Made by a program: the position numbers and the translations under genes
NCBI GenBank assembly: GCA_019661865.1
Contig: JAIFWJ010000002.1
Location: forward strand, 52,898-116,897
DNA from: Candidatus Parcubacteria bacterium
Lineage (GTDB): Bacteria > Patescibacteriota > Minisyncoccia > Phycocordibacterales > Zambryskibacteraceae
Direction: 5' to 3'
DNA length: 64,000 bases
In this document: positions 17,757 to 26,993 of the stretch, in pieces
Numbering within the stretch: the first letter of the stretch is position 1
Layout: the number at the start of each line of letters is the position of its first letter
The notes under the pieces: model-generated
Database searches by the model: none
Seen by the model: the letters and a program-made list of their open reading frames with translations, nothing else
What the model was told of the DNA's origin: nothing

Positions 17757-18176
17757 TTATCCATCGCCAGTATTGTGCCTAAGATAAAACGGATAAATTT
17801 CATCATGGAGTTTTGAGAGTGTTTTCTTTTTCTCTCGTGCATGTTGCAAGAGAGGTGTGTGCCATTTCTTCTGTACGCGTATCAGAACGGTTTCTCTTTT
17901 ACGCTTGAAACCCTTTCTAGCTTCCTTGAGCTCTTTCCGAGCGCGTATCTTTTGTTGTTTGAATTTGATAATCATAATTTGTTTACATTTTCTGCATACG
18001 GTCACTTTTTCTCCCCTTATTCTTCGGATGTTTAACTGTGAAGATTTATATATGCCCATAGGTAAGCGCTTTTTCGGCCAGTCAGGTTCTCCTAATTCCT
18101 GAATTTTTGTCTGGTGATAGATCGCTTGAGTTCTTATTGATTGGCAGATAAGGGTCCCCCGTTGAGAAGTGCTCAC
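17757..18176 (-). CDS. hypothetical highly basic (Lys/Arg-rich) protein
   Basis: 139 aa with KKRLP...CRKCKQ...KQQKIRARKELKEARKGFKRKRE. A structured GC-rich region lies directly upstream. Confidence 0.4.
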   Translation of the reverse strand: MSTSQRGTLICQSIRTQAIYHQTKIQELGEPDWPKKRLPMGIYKSSQLNIRRIRGEKVTVCRKCKQIMIIKFKQQKIRARKELKEARKGFKRKRETVLIRVQKKWHTPLLQHAREKKKTLSKLHDEIYPFYLRHNTGDG

Positions 18177-18461
18177 TCAGAGCGGGGACTGGTATCTGAC
18201 AACCAAGAAGTATTGAGCCAATTTTTTATAGAGGATCCGCTGACTACCTCTTACTGTGGGTTTGTTCTGAATTTACTTGAGCAGTATCTTTTTGCTCGAT
18301 TTGCATTAGCAAAATTTCCGCGAGGCGGTCCAAGAAGAAATCTACCGATTCTTCCTCAGTAGATTTTCTTTTATGTGTTTTTACTTCTGGAATCGCCATA
18401 TGCTTATCTTTGCATGAGGCCCTATCTACCGCGCATCTACCTTTAGCGTTCCAAAACAATA

Positions 18462-18492
18462 AAAAAGCCCCTTATTTCCAGGGGTTTTTCTT
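18462..18492 (-). terminator. bidirectional hairpin terminator downstream of the 228 aa gene
   Basis: Stem aagcccct...aggggttt with T-tracts on both strands. Confidence 0.5.
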
Positions 18493-18518
18493 TTATTTAT
18501 CAACAGCGTAACTGAGAA

Positions 18519-19205
18519 TCACTTCACGCGGTATACCTTGTCAGAACTTTTTGCTATTACGTTCAAAACTCTATAACCAGCAGTTTTATTATTATCGATA
18601 ATCGAATTAAGGGGAACGTTAAACGCATCTTGCACCACTTTCCTTATTTCCCCGACAGTTCTACGGATGCTTGTAGGTGTGGCGTCAAACTTATCGGCGA
18701 GGTCTTTAGTTTTGATGTATTTCTTTGCTTTTGCCAGGAAGAATAGAACTTTATAACGCTTTCCACCCATTTCCATTTGATGTGGAGGTTTTTTGCTACC
18801 CTTTAACGATAAGTAACCGTCTATTAAGTTAAATGCATATAATTTCTTACTTGCTTGGCTCTTTTTCAAATCAGCCTCTAAGTCTTTACTATGATTTAAG
18901 AGTCCGTCAGCGTTGAAAACTGTAATTTTCACATCCCTCGGTGTCTTGAGAGGAGCTGCCATATTAATATCGGCGGCACTGCTAATTGAGGTACGAAAAA
19001 TAAACTGATATTCAAAAATGTTCTTTAGGGACTGCTGCAAGTTATCTAGGGCTCTTTTCAGAACATCCAGATCATTTATCAGTGTTTCCTTTAAGAAATT
19101 ATCTATTGATATAACAATACTTCCGTTTTTCTTTCGCTTGCCAAACTTCTTAAGTATTGTGTCTGTTAGGGCTTTCTCAATAAGATTATCGTAGTCGGTC
19201 TTCAT
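18519..19205 (-). CDS. hypothetical protein with a C-terminal HTH-like region (possible replication or regulatory protein)
   Basis: 228 aa; the C-terminus KTKDLADKFDATPTSIRRTVGEIRK looks like a helix-turn-helix. Its terminator lies downstream. It is divergent from a repeat-rich intergenic region. Confidence 0.45.
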   Translation of the reverse strand: MKTDYDNLIEKALTDTILKKFGKRKKNGSIVISIDNFLKETLINDLDVLKRALDNLQQSLKNIFEYQFIFRTSISSAADINMAAPLKTPRDVKITVFNADGLLNHSKDLEADLKKSQASKKLYAFNLIDGYLSLKGSKKPPHQMEMGGKRYKVLFFLAKAKKYIKTKDLADKFDATPTSIRRTVGEIRKVVQDAFNVPLNSIIDNNKTAGYRVLNVIAKSSDKVYRVK

Positions 19206-19345
19206 GTTTCTTAATCTTATCTCTTTTCATAGAAAATGCTAAGCCTGTTGGCATAGGGCTAATTATAATGGTAAAATTTGAGCACAATTGAATAAGAAAT
19301 GACCTAACCCCTCGAGCTAAAACTTTAGGATATGGTCGAAAATCC

Positions 19346-19392
19346 CATGGAAGATACTGAACCCCACGTTCAGCGACTCTTCCATGGGTCAC
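19346..19392. repeat. nested inverted repeat carrying CCATGG motifs (candidate operator, iteron or ncRNA)
   Basis: cccatggaaga-ta-ctgaac-cccac-gttcag-cgac-tcttccatggg. A third cccatggaa copy sits at 19476 and a GNRA hairpin gggccGCAAggccc at 19422. Confidence 0.4.
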
Positions 19393-19479
19393 ATCGGGAA
19401 ACTGGTGTGTGGGCCGCAAGGCCCTGCTGGCGTGGGGTTCTGTGTTTCCACGCTAGCAATTATTCGCTAGTAAAAACCC

Positions 19480-19923
19480 ATGGAAACAAAATCTTCGGTG
19501 AACAACAGTAAGTTTTTGAAAGCGGTTGTGATAATTTTTGGAGTGCTAGTCATAGTAATTTTAATAGCGAGTTCTTCAAATAGCAGTACCCCCGCACCAC
19601 AGGCAGCTGCTCCAAGTGCTGAAGAATTGAGAGTTGCTGCAGAACAAAAGAAGGCTGAGAATGATGCCTTTCTCACTACTCCTGCAGGTAAACTTTGTGC
19701 AAAGTATCCAACGTGGAGAAAGGATGACTGCGAGGGACTAATCAACAATGAGGTCTGGGCGGGGATGACCTTCGAAATGATCACATACCTTCGAGGCAAG
19801 CCTGATCATACAAATATCTCCAACTATGGAGGCAACAACAGGTATCAATACTGCTGGACCAATTTACGACCGTCCTGTTTTTATGACAACAATAATGACG
19901 GAGTTCTAGAAAGTTTTAATTAG
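19480..19923 (+). CDS. hypothetical secreted or membrane-anchored Cys-containing protein
   Basis: 147 aa with an N-terminal hydrophobic helix, a Ser/Pro/Ala linker and four Cys in the mature part. Confidence 0.45.
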   Translation: METKSSVNNSKFLKAVVIIFGVLVIVILIASSSNSSTPAPQAAAPSAEELRVAAEQKKAENDAFLTTPAGKLCAKYPTWRKDDCEGLINNEVWAGMTFEMITYLRGKPDHTNISNYGGNNRYQYCWTNLRPSCFYDNNNDGVLESFN

Positions 19924-20013
19924 CGGGCAAAAAACCTTGTGAGGTATGGGTGAATGGAAGTTCTCCCCATTCCGTCTCTAAGTGTATTAACGTTTATCTG
20001 TTAAAATACATAC

Positions 20014-21093
20014 ATGAGGAAAGTAAAATACGATTTAGCACCTAAAAAAGTAATAGTAGAGAAAAGTTTTAGATCGGCTCCTCCAATGCCTACTATTGAT
20101 ATTGAAAATAGAAGGTATATTGGCAGCAAGGCTAAGCTCTTGGATTGGATTTTTGAACACGTAAAAAGAGAGTGCAAGGGTAATAGTTTTGCAGATATTT
20201 TTGCAGGAACAGGCGTTGTGTCAGCGCGTGCTGCTCGTACGTATAACAAAATTATTTTAAATGATTTACTGCACTCAAATTTTGCCGTCTATCAAGGTTT
20301 TTTTGCGCAAGAAAAGTACGACAGAGAGAAGGTTTTTAATTTCGTCTCTCATTACAATTCAATAAATCCTGTCGACGTCGAACACAATTTTTTCTCGAAA
20401 AACTTTGGTGGAAAATTTTTTGATACTTCCGCAGCAAAGCTGATAGGATTTATACGAGAGGACTTAAAAAAGAGAAGAGGGGAGCTAAACAACAAGGAGT
20501 ACCATATATTACTTACTTCTTTGTTGTACTCTGCAGATAAAATTGCTAACACAGTGGGACACTATGAGGCTTATTTTAAAAACAGTATTTCAGATAGAAA
20601 TTTCAGTTTTCGCTTAATTGAGCCATTGATTAAGGCAGGTAGCGTGTCTATTTATCGCGAAGATGCAAATAAATTGGCACATAAATTAAAGGCTGATATA
20701 GTCTACATAGATCCTCCCTATAACTCTCGGCAGTATAGCCGTTTCTACCATGTTCTTGAGACGCTGGCTCTTTGGGATAACCCTAAATTGTCAGGTGTGG
20801 CATTAAAGCGTCCAGAAGAGAACATGAGTGATTATTGTAGGGTTAAAGCATCTACAGTCTTTGCTGATCTTATAAAAAACCTAGAGACAAAATATATTGT
20901 TGTTTCATATAACAATACATATAAATCTAAGAGTAGCTCTTCAAGAAATAAGATAGAGTTAGAAACCATTGAACAGATTTTAAATTCTAAAGGGAAGACA
21001 AAGGTATTCAAGAAGAATCATCAGTTCTTCAATGCTGGTAAAACCAACTTTGATGATCATCAAGAATTTCTGTTTATTACAAAAGTAAAATGA
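20014..21093 (+). CDS. Dam-family N6-adenine DNA methyltransferase (alpha class)
   Basis: Motif X-like YIGSKAKLL, motif I FAGTGVV and motif IV DIVYIDPPY. Confidence 0.85.
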   Translation: MRKVKYDLAPKKVIVEKSFRSAPPMPTIDIENRRYIGSKAKLLDWIFEHVKRECKGNSFADIFAGTGVVSARAARTYNKIILNDLLHSNFAVYQGFFAQEKYDREKVFNFVSHYNSINPVDVEHNFFSKNFGGKFFDTSAAKLIGFIREDLKKRRGELNNKEYHILLTSLLYSADKIANTVGHYEAYFKNSISDRNFSFRLIEPLIKAGSVSIYREDANKLAHKLKADIVYIDPPYNSRQYSRFYHVLETLALWDNPKLSGVALKRPEENMSDYCRVKASTVFADLIKNLETKYIVVSYNNTYKSKSSSSRNKIELETIEQILNSKGKTKVFKKNHQFFNAGKTNFDDHQEFLFITKVK

Positions 21094-22001
21094 ACCCCGA
21101 TGTTCGGCTTAAACGATCACCATTTTTCTATGTAGGCGATAAGTTTAAACTTATAGCAGAGATTAGAAAACATTTCCCAGAAAAAATTAATACTTTTGTG
21201 GAGCCTTTTTTGGGTGGAGGAAGTGTTTTTTTAAACGTAGACGCTAAACATTATGTCCTCAATGATATAGATGAAAACGTTATTGCACTTCATAAATTTC
21301 TAACAAGTCAGGCAAGTAAAGAAAAGGCCTTAGTTACGCGTATTAAAGATCTTGTAGAGCAATATAATCTATCTTGTTCTGTGTTTGAAAATGTAGTTCC
21401 GATTGAACTTAAAAAGAAATGGCCAAAAACTTATTATGCCGAGTTTAACCGTAAGGGTTATGGCTTGCTCAAGTCTGATTACAATACATCAAAGAAAAAA
21501 GATCTATTAGTTTTGTTTCTTTTATTAATATATGGGTTTAATAGAATGTTGCGCTTTAACCGCAAAGGAGAATTCAACATTCCTGTAGGTAACGTAGATT
21601 TCAATCAGAATGTATTAAAGGCTCTACAGGATTATTTTGTTACCGCACGAGAGAAAGAGGTTAGTTTTTCTGCTCAAGACTTTAAAAAATTCCTTACGAG
21701 TCAAAAATTTAGTAAAAATGACTTTGTGTATGTTGACCCTCCATACTTGATATCAGCAAGTGAATACAATAAGTTGTGGAATGAAGAATTAGACGGTGAA
21801 TTGATGCAGATTTTGGACAGACTTAATGACAAAGGTATTAGGTTCGCACTCTCGAATATATCTGCTTACAATGGCAGAAAAAACGAAAAACTGATATCTT
21901 GGATGAAAAAGTACAATGTTTATCCTATAAAGAGCAACTACATAAGTTATCACAATAACACCAAGAAAGAGATAACTGAGGTATTGATAACAAATTATTA
22001 A
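21090..22001 (+). CDS. Dam-family N6-adenine DNA methyltransferase (second, DpnA/MboIC-like position)
   Basis: YVGDKFKLI, EPFLGGGSVF and VYVDPPY. It overlaps the upstream methyltransferase by 4 nt. Confidence 0.85.
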   Translation: MNPDVRLKRSPFFYVGDKFKLIAEIRKHFPEKINTFVEPFLGGGSVFLNVDAKHYVLNDIDENVIALHKFLTSQASKEKALVTRIKDLVEQYNLSCSVFENVVPIELKKKWPKTYYAEFNRKGYGLLKSDYNTSKKKDLLVLFLLLIYGFNRMLRFNRKGEFNIPVGNVDFNQNVLKALQDYFVTAREKEVSFSAQDFKKFLTSQKFSKNDFVYVDPPYLISASEYNKLWNEELDGELMQILDRLNDKGIRFALSNISAYNGRKNEKLISWMKKYNVYPIKSNYISYHNNTKKEITEVLITNY

Positions 22002-22002
22002 A

Positions 22003-23532
22003 ATGCCAATCAGACACAGTAATCAGTTTAAACCGCTATTGTTTACAACTACCGTTCGAAACCCTGAAAGATTGAAGGGTATGCTTTCTGTGCTCAAGGA
22101 CTATAACAGTGAAGTCCTTACTAATATCTTGGCTGAAAAGGTGGCGGGAGAATTAATTAAAATTGGTTTATATCAACCTACTCGTGTAGGAGATGAGATC
22201 AAAGAAAAATGGGACGCAGGGCTACCGCTTTTAGATGAGGAGGTCACTGTCATACTTCAAACTAATCCACAGAATCACAAGGAAGCAGGATTCGAAAGAG
22301 GTTGGGCTTCGAGGTTTGATACATGGTTTAAATTAGCAAAAGAGCTAGGTTTTGTTTATTACGATATGGGTCAACCAATGGAGTTTTCAGCTATTGGTCT
22401 TAAGCTCGCTGACACTGAACATCCTGAATTTGAACAGCAGGCATTTCTAAATGCATTTGCTAAGTATCAGCGAAACAATCCTCTGCGACGTGTATCAAAC
22501 GAGAATGCACCTCTTATTTTGTTATTAGAGGTAATAAAAAAGATTAACGCTGATCCTGATTTTAATGATGCAGGTATAACTAAATTAGAGGTGCCCCTGC
22601 TTTTAACTTGGAAAGATAATAATGCTGAAGCTCTCTATCAAAAGATTAAGCAAATCCGTGCCGAATATAAATATGAGCCAAGTTGGGAAGTCATACTTAA
22701 AGAGGTTGATGAACTCACTGGAGGTAGACATGCTTCAATGCCAGACAGGACAATTATGGTTGAGTACGTCGATGATTTCTTGAGAAAAATGCGTCTGACA
22801 GGCCTAATAACATCTAGAGGCTTTGGGAAATTTGTCGATTTAAACAAAAAAGAAATTGCTAAGATAGATTATGTTCTTGAACGATATTCTCAATATCCAA
22901 AACATACTACCGAAAGAGAGTATTTTGATTACATATCTTCAATTGATGAAAAATTAATTTCAATTGAAAGGGTGTATGAGACTGATATTGAAGAAGAAAA
23001 TAGGCTTTTGCAGAAGTGGGCTACTCACTTTGATTGGTCAACGTTAAAAACCGAAATTCTTAAGCTGACGACCAGCAGGCCCTCATCTAGTGATGAAGTT
23101 TTGTCACTTATTCCCAGCCCTCTAAGATTGGAGTTTCTTATTTCTCTTGCTGTTATAAGTAAATTGCCCTCTGTAATCGTTAAACCTAATTACATATCTG
23201 ATGATGAGGGTCTTCCTTCTTCTCATGCTCCTGGTAATGGTTCAGACATTGAATGTGAACAAAAAGAGAAATATACCTTGTTGGAGGTTACCCTGTTGAA
23301 TGGTGTAGCTCAAGTTCAAAGGGAAATGGCACCGATAAGTCGACATCTTCAAGACTTTAAAAAAGATCATAAGGATACATCTACTTTTTTCATTGCTCCA
23401 GTGATTCATGCTGACACCATACGCTGGGCGGATTTTATTAAGCACAAGGACGGCCTAGACATAGTAAATTTTTCAATATCCGACTTTATCGCCAAACTTG
23501 ATAGTGGAATAAGCGAGCTACGTTCTTTTTAA
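22003..23532 (+). CDS. putative restriction endonuclease partner of the two methyltransferases (function inferred from context only)
   Basis: 509 aa and translationally coupled to the methyltransferases. No clean PD-(D/E)xK motif could be assigned by eye; candidates are GSDIECEQK and MPD...EYVDD. Confidence 0.35.
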   Translation: MPIRHSNQFKPLLFTTTVRNPERLKGMLSVLKDYNSEVLTNILAEKVAGELIKIGLYQPTRVGDEIKEKWDAGLPLLDEEVTVILQTNPQNHKEAGFERGWASRFDTWFKLAKELGFVYYDMGQPMEFSAIGLKLADTEHPEFEQQAFLNAFAKYQRNNPLRRVSNENAPLILLLEVIKKINADPDFNDAGITKLEVPLLLTWKDNNAEALYQKIKQIRAEYKYEPSWEVILKEVDELTGGRHASMPDRTIMVEYVDDFLRKMRLTGLITSRGFGKFVDLNKKEIAKIDYVLERYSQYPKHTTEREYFDYISSIDEKLISIERVYETDIEEENRLLQKWATHFDWSTLKTEILKLTTSRPSSSDEVLSLIPSPLRLEFLISLAVISKLPSVIVKPNYISDDEGLPSSHAPGNGSDIECEQKEKYTLLEVTLLNGVAQVQREMAPISRHLQDFKKDHKDTSTFFIAPVIHADTIRWADFIKHKDGLDIVNFSISDFIAKLDSGISELRSF

Positions 23533-23543
23533 ATGGCTGCAGG

Positions 23544-24068
23544 CTACGCCCTAGGGTGCCTTTTCACATATGTCTCAAAACCTCCTAATATGGACGTTCT
23601 TAATTTTTCGTATCTTAAATACCTCTTAGTAGGTTTACCCCTATAGGATTGCCGAATCGAAAGAAAACTTATCTGTTTAAACTTGAGATGATTGCGTAAT
23701 GCGGGTTGTATTGATCTATAATTTGCATAAGAGACTTCATATTTTAGACCTAAACATTTCCTACATTCAAATTTGTCCTCGTTAAGGTACAGTATCCCGC
23801 GTCGTGCTGAACACTCAGGACAGGTAAACCAGTACCTAACTCCTCCATAGTTACATTTTGTCTTAGTGAGTTTTATGATGTCTTTCTGGTCAGTTTTAAT
23901 ACCCCAGCATTCGGTTTCAGAATTACGACTTAAGCTAAGCTGAACGTTATTTATCAAAAAATGTTGCTCAAAAGGAAGCCGAGCAAGGATGCCAGCTTGT
24001 TTTATCTTAAATATATTTATAGACTTCCTACTCTCAGTGAGTCCTCTAATTGTAAATAGATCTCTCAT
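23544..24068 (-). CDS. hypothetical zinc-ribbon protein
   Basis: 174 aa with CPEC-x15-CRKC. Confidence 0.4.
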   Translation of the reverse strand: MRDLFTIRGLTESRKSINIFKIKQAGILARLPFEQHFLINNVQLSLSRNSETECWGIKTDQKDIIKLTKTKCNYGGVRYWFTCPECSARRGILYLNEDKFECRKCLGLKYEVSYANYRSIQPALRNHLKFKQISFLSIRQSYRGKPTKRYLRYEKLRTSILGGFETYVKRHPRA

Positions 24069-24455
24069 GGTGAAAATTCAATAATTCAGAAATCATTAGG
24101 GATTATCCACATTGGCAACCCTGCAACTTTAGGAAAATTAGCTTTGTTTGCTTGATAAAAAGGAATTTTACTTGTGGCGGACTGATGCAGTGATAGGGAT
24201 ATGGAATCCGCATGCCTTTACACGCTTTAATCGTCGAGTTCTGTCCTGTTCTTCAACTCTTGCATTACCTTCGCACACAGCTCAATTTACGCTGTCACGG
24301 GGGCCTGCTGGAAGGCAGCAATAAGGTTCATTTTCTCCTTAACGCTAGCCATATACTCTCTGTCGGATAGTATTGTTATAATATCTGTCTGACACTGACC
24401 CCAATATTTCTCAGAACTTGTAAAGGCTACAGATCCCACCACAATGAGTGAGAAA

Positions 24456-24490
24456 ATCAAAAGAGCACCTACAGGGTGCTCTTTTGATTT
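24456..24490. terminator. bidirectional hairpin terminator
   Basis: aaagagcacc-tacag-ggtgctcttt with T-rich tails on both strands. Confidence 0.45.
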
Positions 24491-24530
24491 GCGTGTGGTA
24501 GGGTGACCTCGGACATAACTCGAGGTCTGT

Positions 24531-24971
24531 ATGTCAACTCTTGTATCCTTGTGTGGAGCAGAGTCTTTTTGGAGCAATGGCACAAGCAAAGAGGGCATCA
24601 GTGAAATAGTGCCAAGGGTAATTGATGGCACACCCTCGTTAGTACTCGCGGTGTTTGGCAGAAAGCAAGGAGAGCAGAAGTGGGAAATTCTCGCCGGGGT
24701 TAGTGGGTCAGCGGTAAAAGACTCCGATCTGAAACTTGAGCATTTCCGTCACCTCATGTCTGGCGAGTTTAAGTATGGGTATGCAGAAGTGATGCTTGTC
24801 CGGCTTTTTTGTATCCAGATGGATGAGAACGAAGGCCCCAAGCTCCAAAAGGACGAACCACCACCTAAACCCTTCCGACGCAAGCATCAGTGCTCAGTCT
24901 GTGGTAGTACAGAGCACAACAAGAAATTCCACGATAACAAAGGAGATAACGTAGCGAGCACTCAGAGATGA
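24531..24971 (+). CDS. hypothetical protein with a C-terminal zinc-knuckle-like motif
   Basis: 146 aa, about 50% GC, with CSVCGSTEHNKKFH. Its own terminator lies at 24951-24985. Confidence 0.4.
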   Translation: MSTLVSLCGAESFWSNGTSKEGISEIVPRVIDGTPSLVLAVFGRKQGEQKWEILAGVSGSAVKDSDLKLEHFRHLMSGEFKYGYAEVMLVRLFCIQMDENEGPKLQKDEPPPKPFRRKHQCSVCGSTEHNKKFHDNKGDNVASTQR

Positions 24972-24985
24972 GTGCTCTTTTTTGT
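24951..24985 (+). terminator. rho-independent terminator
   Basis: agcactc-agagat-gagtgct followed by cttttttgt. Confidence 0.45.
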
Positions 24986-25030
24986 ACCTTAATCTTGTAG
25001 CTGCACAGCTTTGTTGATAAAATCGCCCAA

Positions 25031-25609
25031 ATGACAGGGTTTCTCAAGGAAATTGATCAGAGACTGAGAGTCCTCGCAGAGCAACCTACGGCGGTGATTC
25101 ATAAAGATTGGGTGCAAGTGGTTATGTCGACCCTTCGACAACATCTAGAAGCGCTGGGACAGCAACGACGGTATCCAATTCTCATGTTCTATTGCAATTG
25201 GTGTCAGCACAAAGATCTGCATCGTGGTATCGTTCAAGATCTGCTTGAAAAGATCACTGAAATCATAGTGGATGACACTACGGGTCACCCAGCGGATCGA
25301 ATCTCTGAAATACTCTCGCTTACCACCTTCAGATCTGACATCAGAGACATTCTCAAGAAAGGCCTCGGTGTGCAGGCAGGGCTGTTCGAGGATTATGACA
25401 ACTGGAGGAAATTCACTGAGTTGCTGTTTCCATTCATTCTTGAAAAGCCTCTAAAGCGTAAAAGAAAGGCAAAGACACATCACTGGGTTGAATTGCTAGA
25501 GCTATTTGATAATGGTGGCCATGTATTTTGGCGAATTCGTGTCGAGCCTGGCGGTAGCAATTTCATAGGACCTCTACTTCGGACTGAAGACGCGCTAAAT
25601 GCGCAATAA
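25031..25609 (+). CDS. hypothetical protein
   Basis: 192 aa, about 50% GC, with a KRKRKAK patch. No recognisable domain. Confidence 0.4.
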   Translation: MTGFLKEIDQRLRVLAEQPTAVIHKDWVQVVMSTLRQHLEALGQQRRYPILMFYCNWCQHKDLHRGIVQDLLEKITEIIVDDTTGHPADRISEILSLTTFRSDIRDILKKGLGVQAGLFEDYDNWRKFTELLFPFILEKPLKRKRKAKTHHWVELLELFDNGGHVFWRIRVEPGGSNFIGPLLRTEDALNAQ

Positions 25610-26042
25610 ATCGACTCTCAATCACTTGGTTGGAGTAGTGTCTATTAGTGTCATTACCAGACAAGGCCATTAAAGAGTTCATCGAAATATGGAAGAGGGA
25701 ATTTGGTGAGACGCTTAGTCCAGATGGGGCAAGGTCCGAAGCAGGGCGTCTGATCTTCTTCTTTCAGTTACTTAGAGAGAAATTTCCTCAAAGTATCGAT
25801 GACCACATAAAAAGGAGCTCCTAGTTGTCAGAGCTCCTTTGTCGTGCGTTAACCACTCACGCCTGACGCGATGTGTCGTCTTTGATGCGCCAGACAGACA
25901 GTTAAGCTAAAATAGTTCTACTGGTTAGGCAGGACGCGGACTCATTCTGTCGTTAATGATTCGGATATTCTTCACCGCTTGCATCACATCCGGATCGCGC
26001 AGCGCTAACAGGGTTCGAACGTCGTTCCCAAATGCACCCCAA

Positions 26043-26615
26043 ATGGAAAAACTTTTAGAATTTATTGAACTCACTCGTAAGTTTAGGGCGGTGAAGCGCA
26101 GGGTTATTTTTGCAGAGGATAAACAGCAAGAGAATGATATTGAACATAGTTTTCAGCTTGCTCTTACTGCTTGGTATCTTATAAATACGGACAAAATAAA
26201 GCTTGATGTAGAAAAGGCTTTGAAGTATGCATTGGCGCATGACTTGGTGGAGGTTTACGCCGGAGATACGCCCTCAGCCGTTCATAGGTCATATGAAGCT
26301 GAGAGACATACTAAGAAAGCTCGTGAGGAAGAGGCTCTGAAAAGGATAAAGAAAGAATTCCCTGAGTTTAAAGAACTCCATAAGATTATCCATGCGTATG
26401 AGAAGAGAGAAGATAAGGAGAGCAGGTTTGTCTATGCATTAGACAAGGTTATGCCTATCTTAAATATTTACTTGGATAAAGGATATTCTTGGAAGGTAAA
26501 TGATGTAAAGGTGAAAGATGTCATTGCTTATAAGAAAGATCAGATAGCTGAGTCACCTGAGGTGAAGAAGTATTTCGACCAACTAGTACCTCTTATCCGC
26601 AAACTTGAGTTATGA
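26043..26615 (+). CDS. HD-domain phosphohydrolase (YfbR-like 5'-deoxynucleotidase)
   Basis: HSFQLALTAWYL...ALAHDLVEVYAGDTP is the HD motif. The start is taken at MEKLLEF. Confidence 0.75.
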   Translation: MEKLLEFIELTRKFRAVKRRVIFAEDKQQENDIEHSFQLALTAWYLINTDKIKLDVEKALKYALAHDLVEVYAGDTPSAVHRSYEAERHTKKAREEEALKRIKKEFPEFKELHKIIHAYEKREDKESRFVYALDKVMPILNIYLDKGYSWKVNDVKVKDVIAYKKDQIAESPEVKKYFDQLVPLIRKLEL

Positions 26616-26618
26616 TGT

Positions 26619-26993
26619 ATGCATATGAATCCAGAAATTATCCGAGAAAAGACTGATGCCATAGAAGAGGAGATGAAGAAGGTTGGGCTCTGGCAAGCAG
26701 AGGCACTTCCAGAAGAGATGTATGACTTCAACGAAGCCTTCGGAGCGGACAAGCTTAGCCTAGCTCAGTGGCTCCAGTTTATATTTATCCCAAGAATCAG
26801 AGAGTTGATACAGACCAACGGTCCTTGGCCAGAGGAGAGTGAAGTGGGTATATATGCTGCTCAGCAGTACATGTTCTTTAAGCCGACTGAGAATCCAGGC
26901 GAGTATGCCACCCAAGGAACAATGGATAGAAAGGAGAGCAAGCTGGTGGAGCTACTAAGAGAGTTCGATAAATTGTTTAAGTCGAATGTCTGA
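26619..26993 (+). CDS. YqcC-like (DUF446) protein
   Basis: LAQWLQFIFIPRIRELI resembles the E. coli YqcC segment LEWLQWVLIPRMHDLL. This comparison is from memory, not a search. Confidence 0.5.
   Translation: MHMNPEIIREKTDAIEEEMKKVGLWQAEALPEEMYDFNEAFGADKLSLAQWLQFIFIPRIRELIQTNGPWPEESEVGIYAAQQYMFFKPTENPGEYATQGTMDRKESKLVELLREFDKLFKSNV

Larger units (their letters stand above)
15093..25950. mobile_element. putative integrated element at tRNA-His (serine recombinase, unknown genes, restriction-modification-like module, GC-rich right-end block)
   Basis: The recombinase 3' end overlaps the tRNA. All cargo genes are absent from the typical core. Composition changes at about 24100. The right boundary is uncertain. 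Confidence 0.4.

Noticed and set aside
24287-24631. 114 aa minus ORF
   Set aside because: It spans a bidirectional terminator hairpin (24456-24490) and overlaps the better-supported plus gene start.
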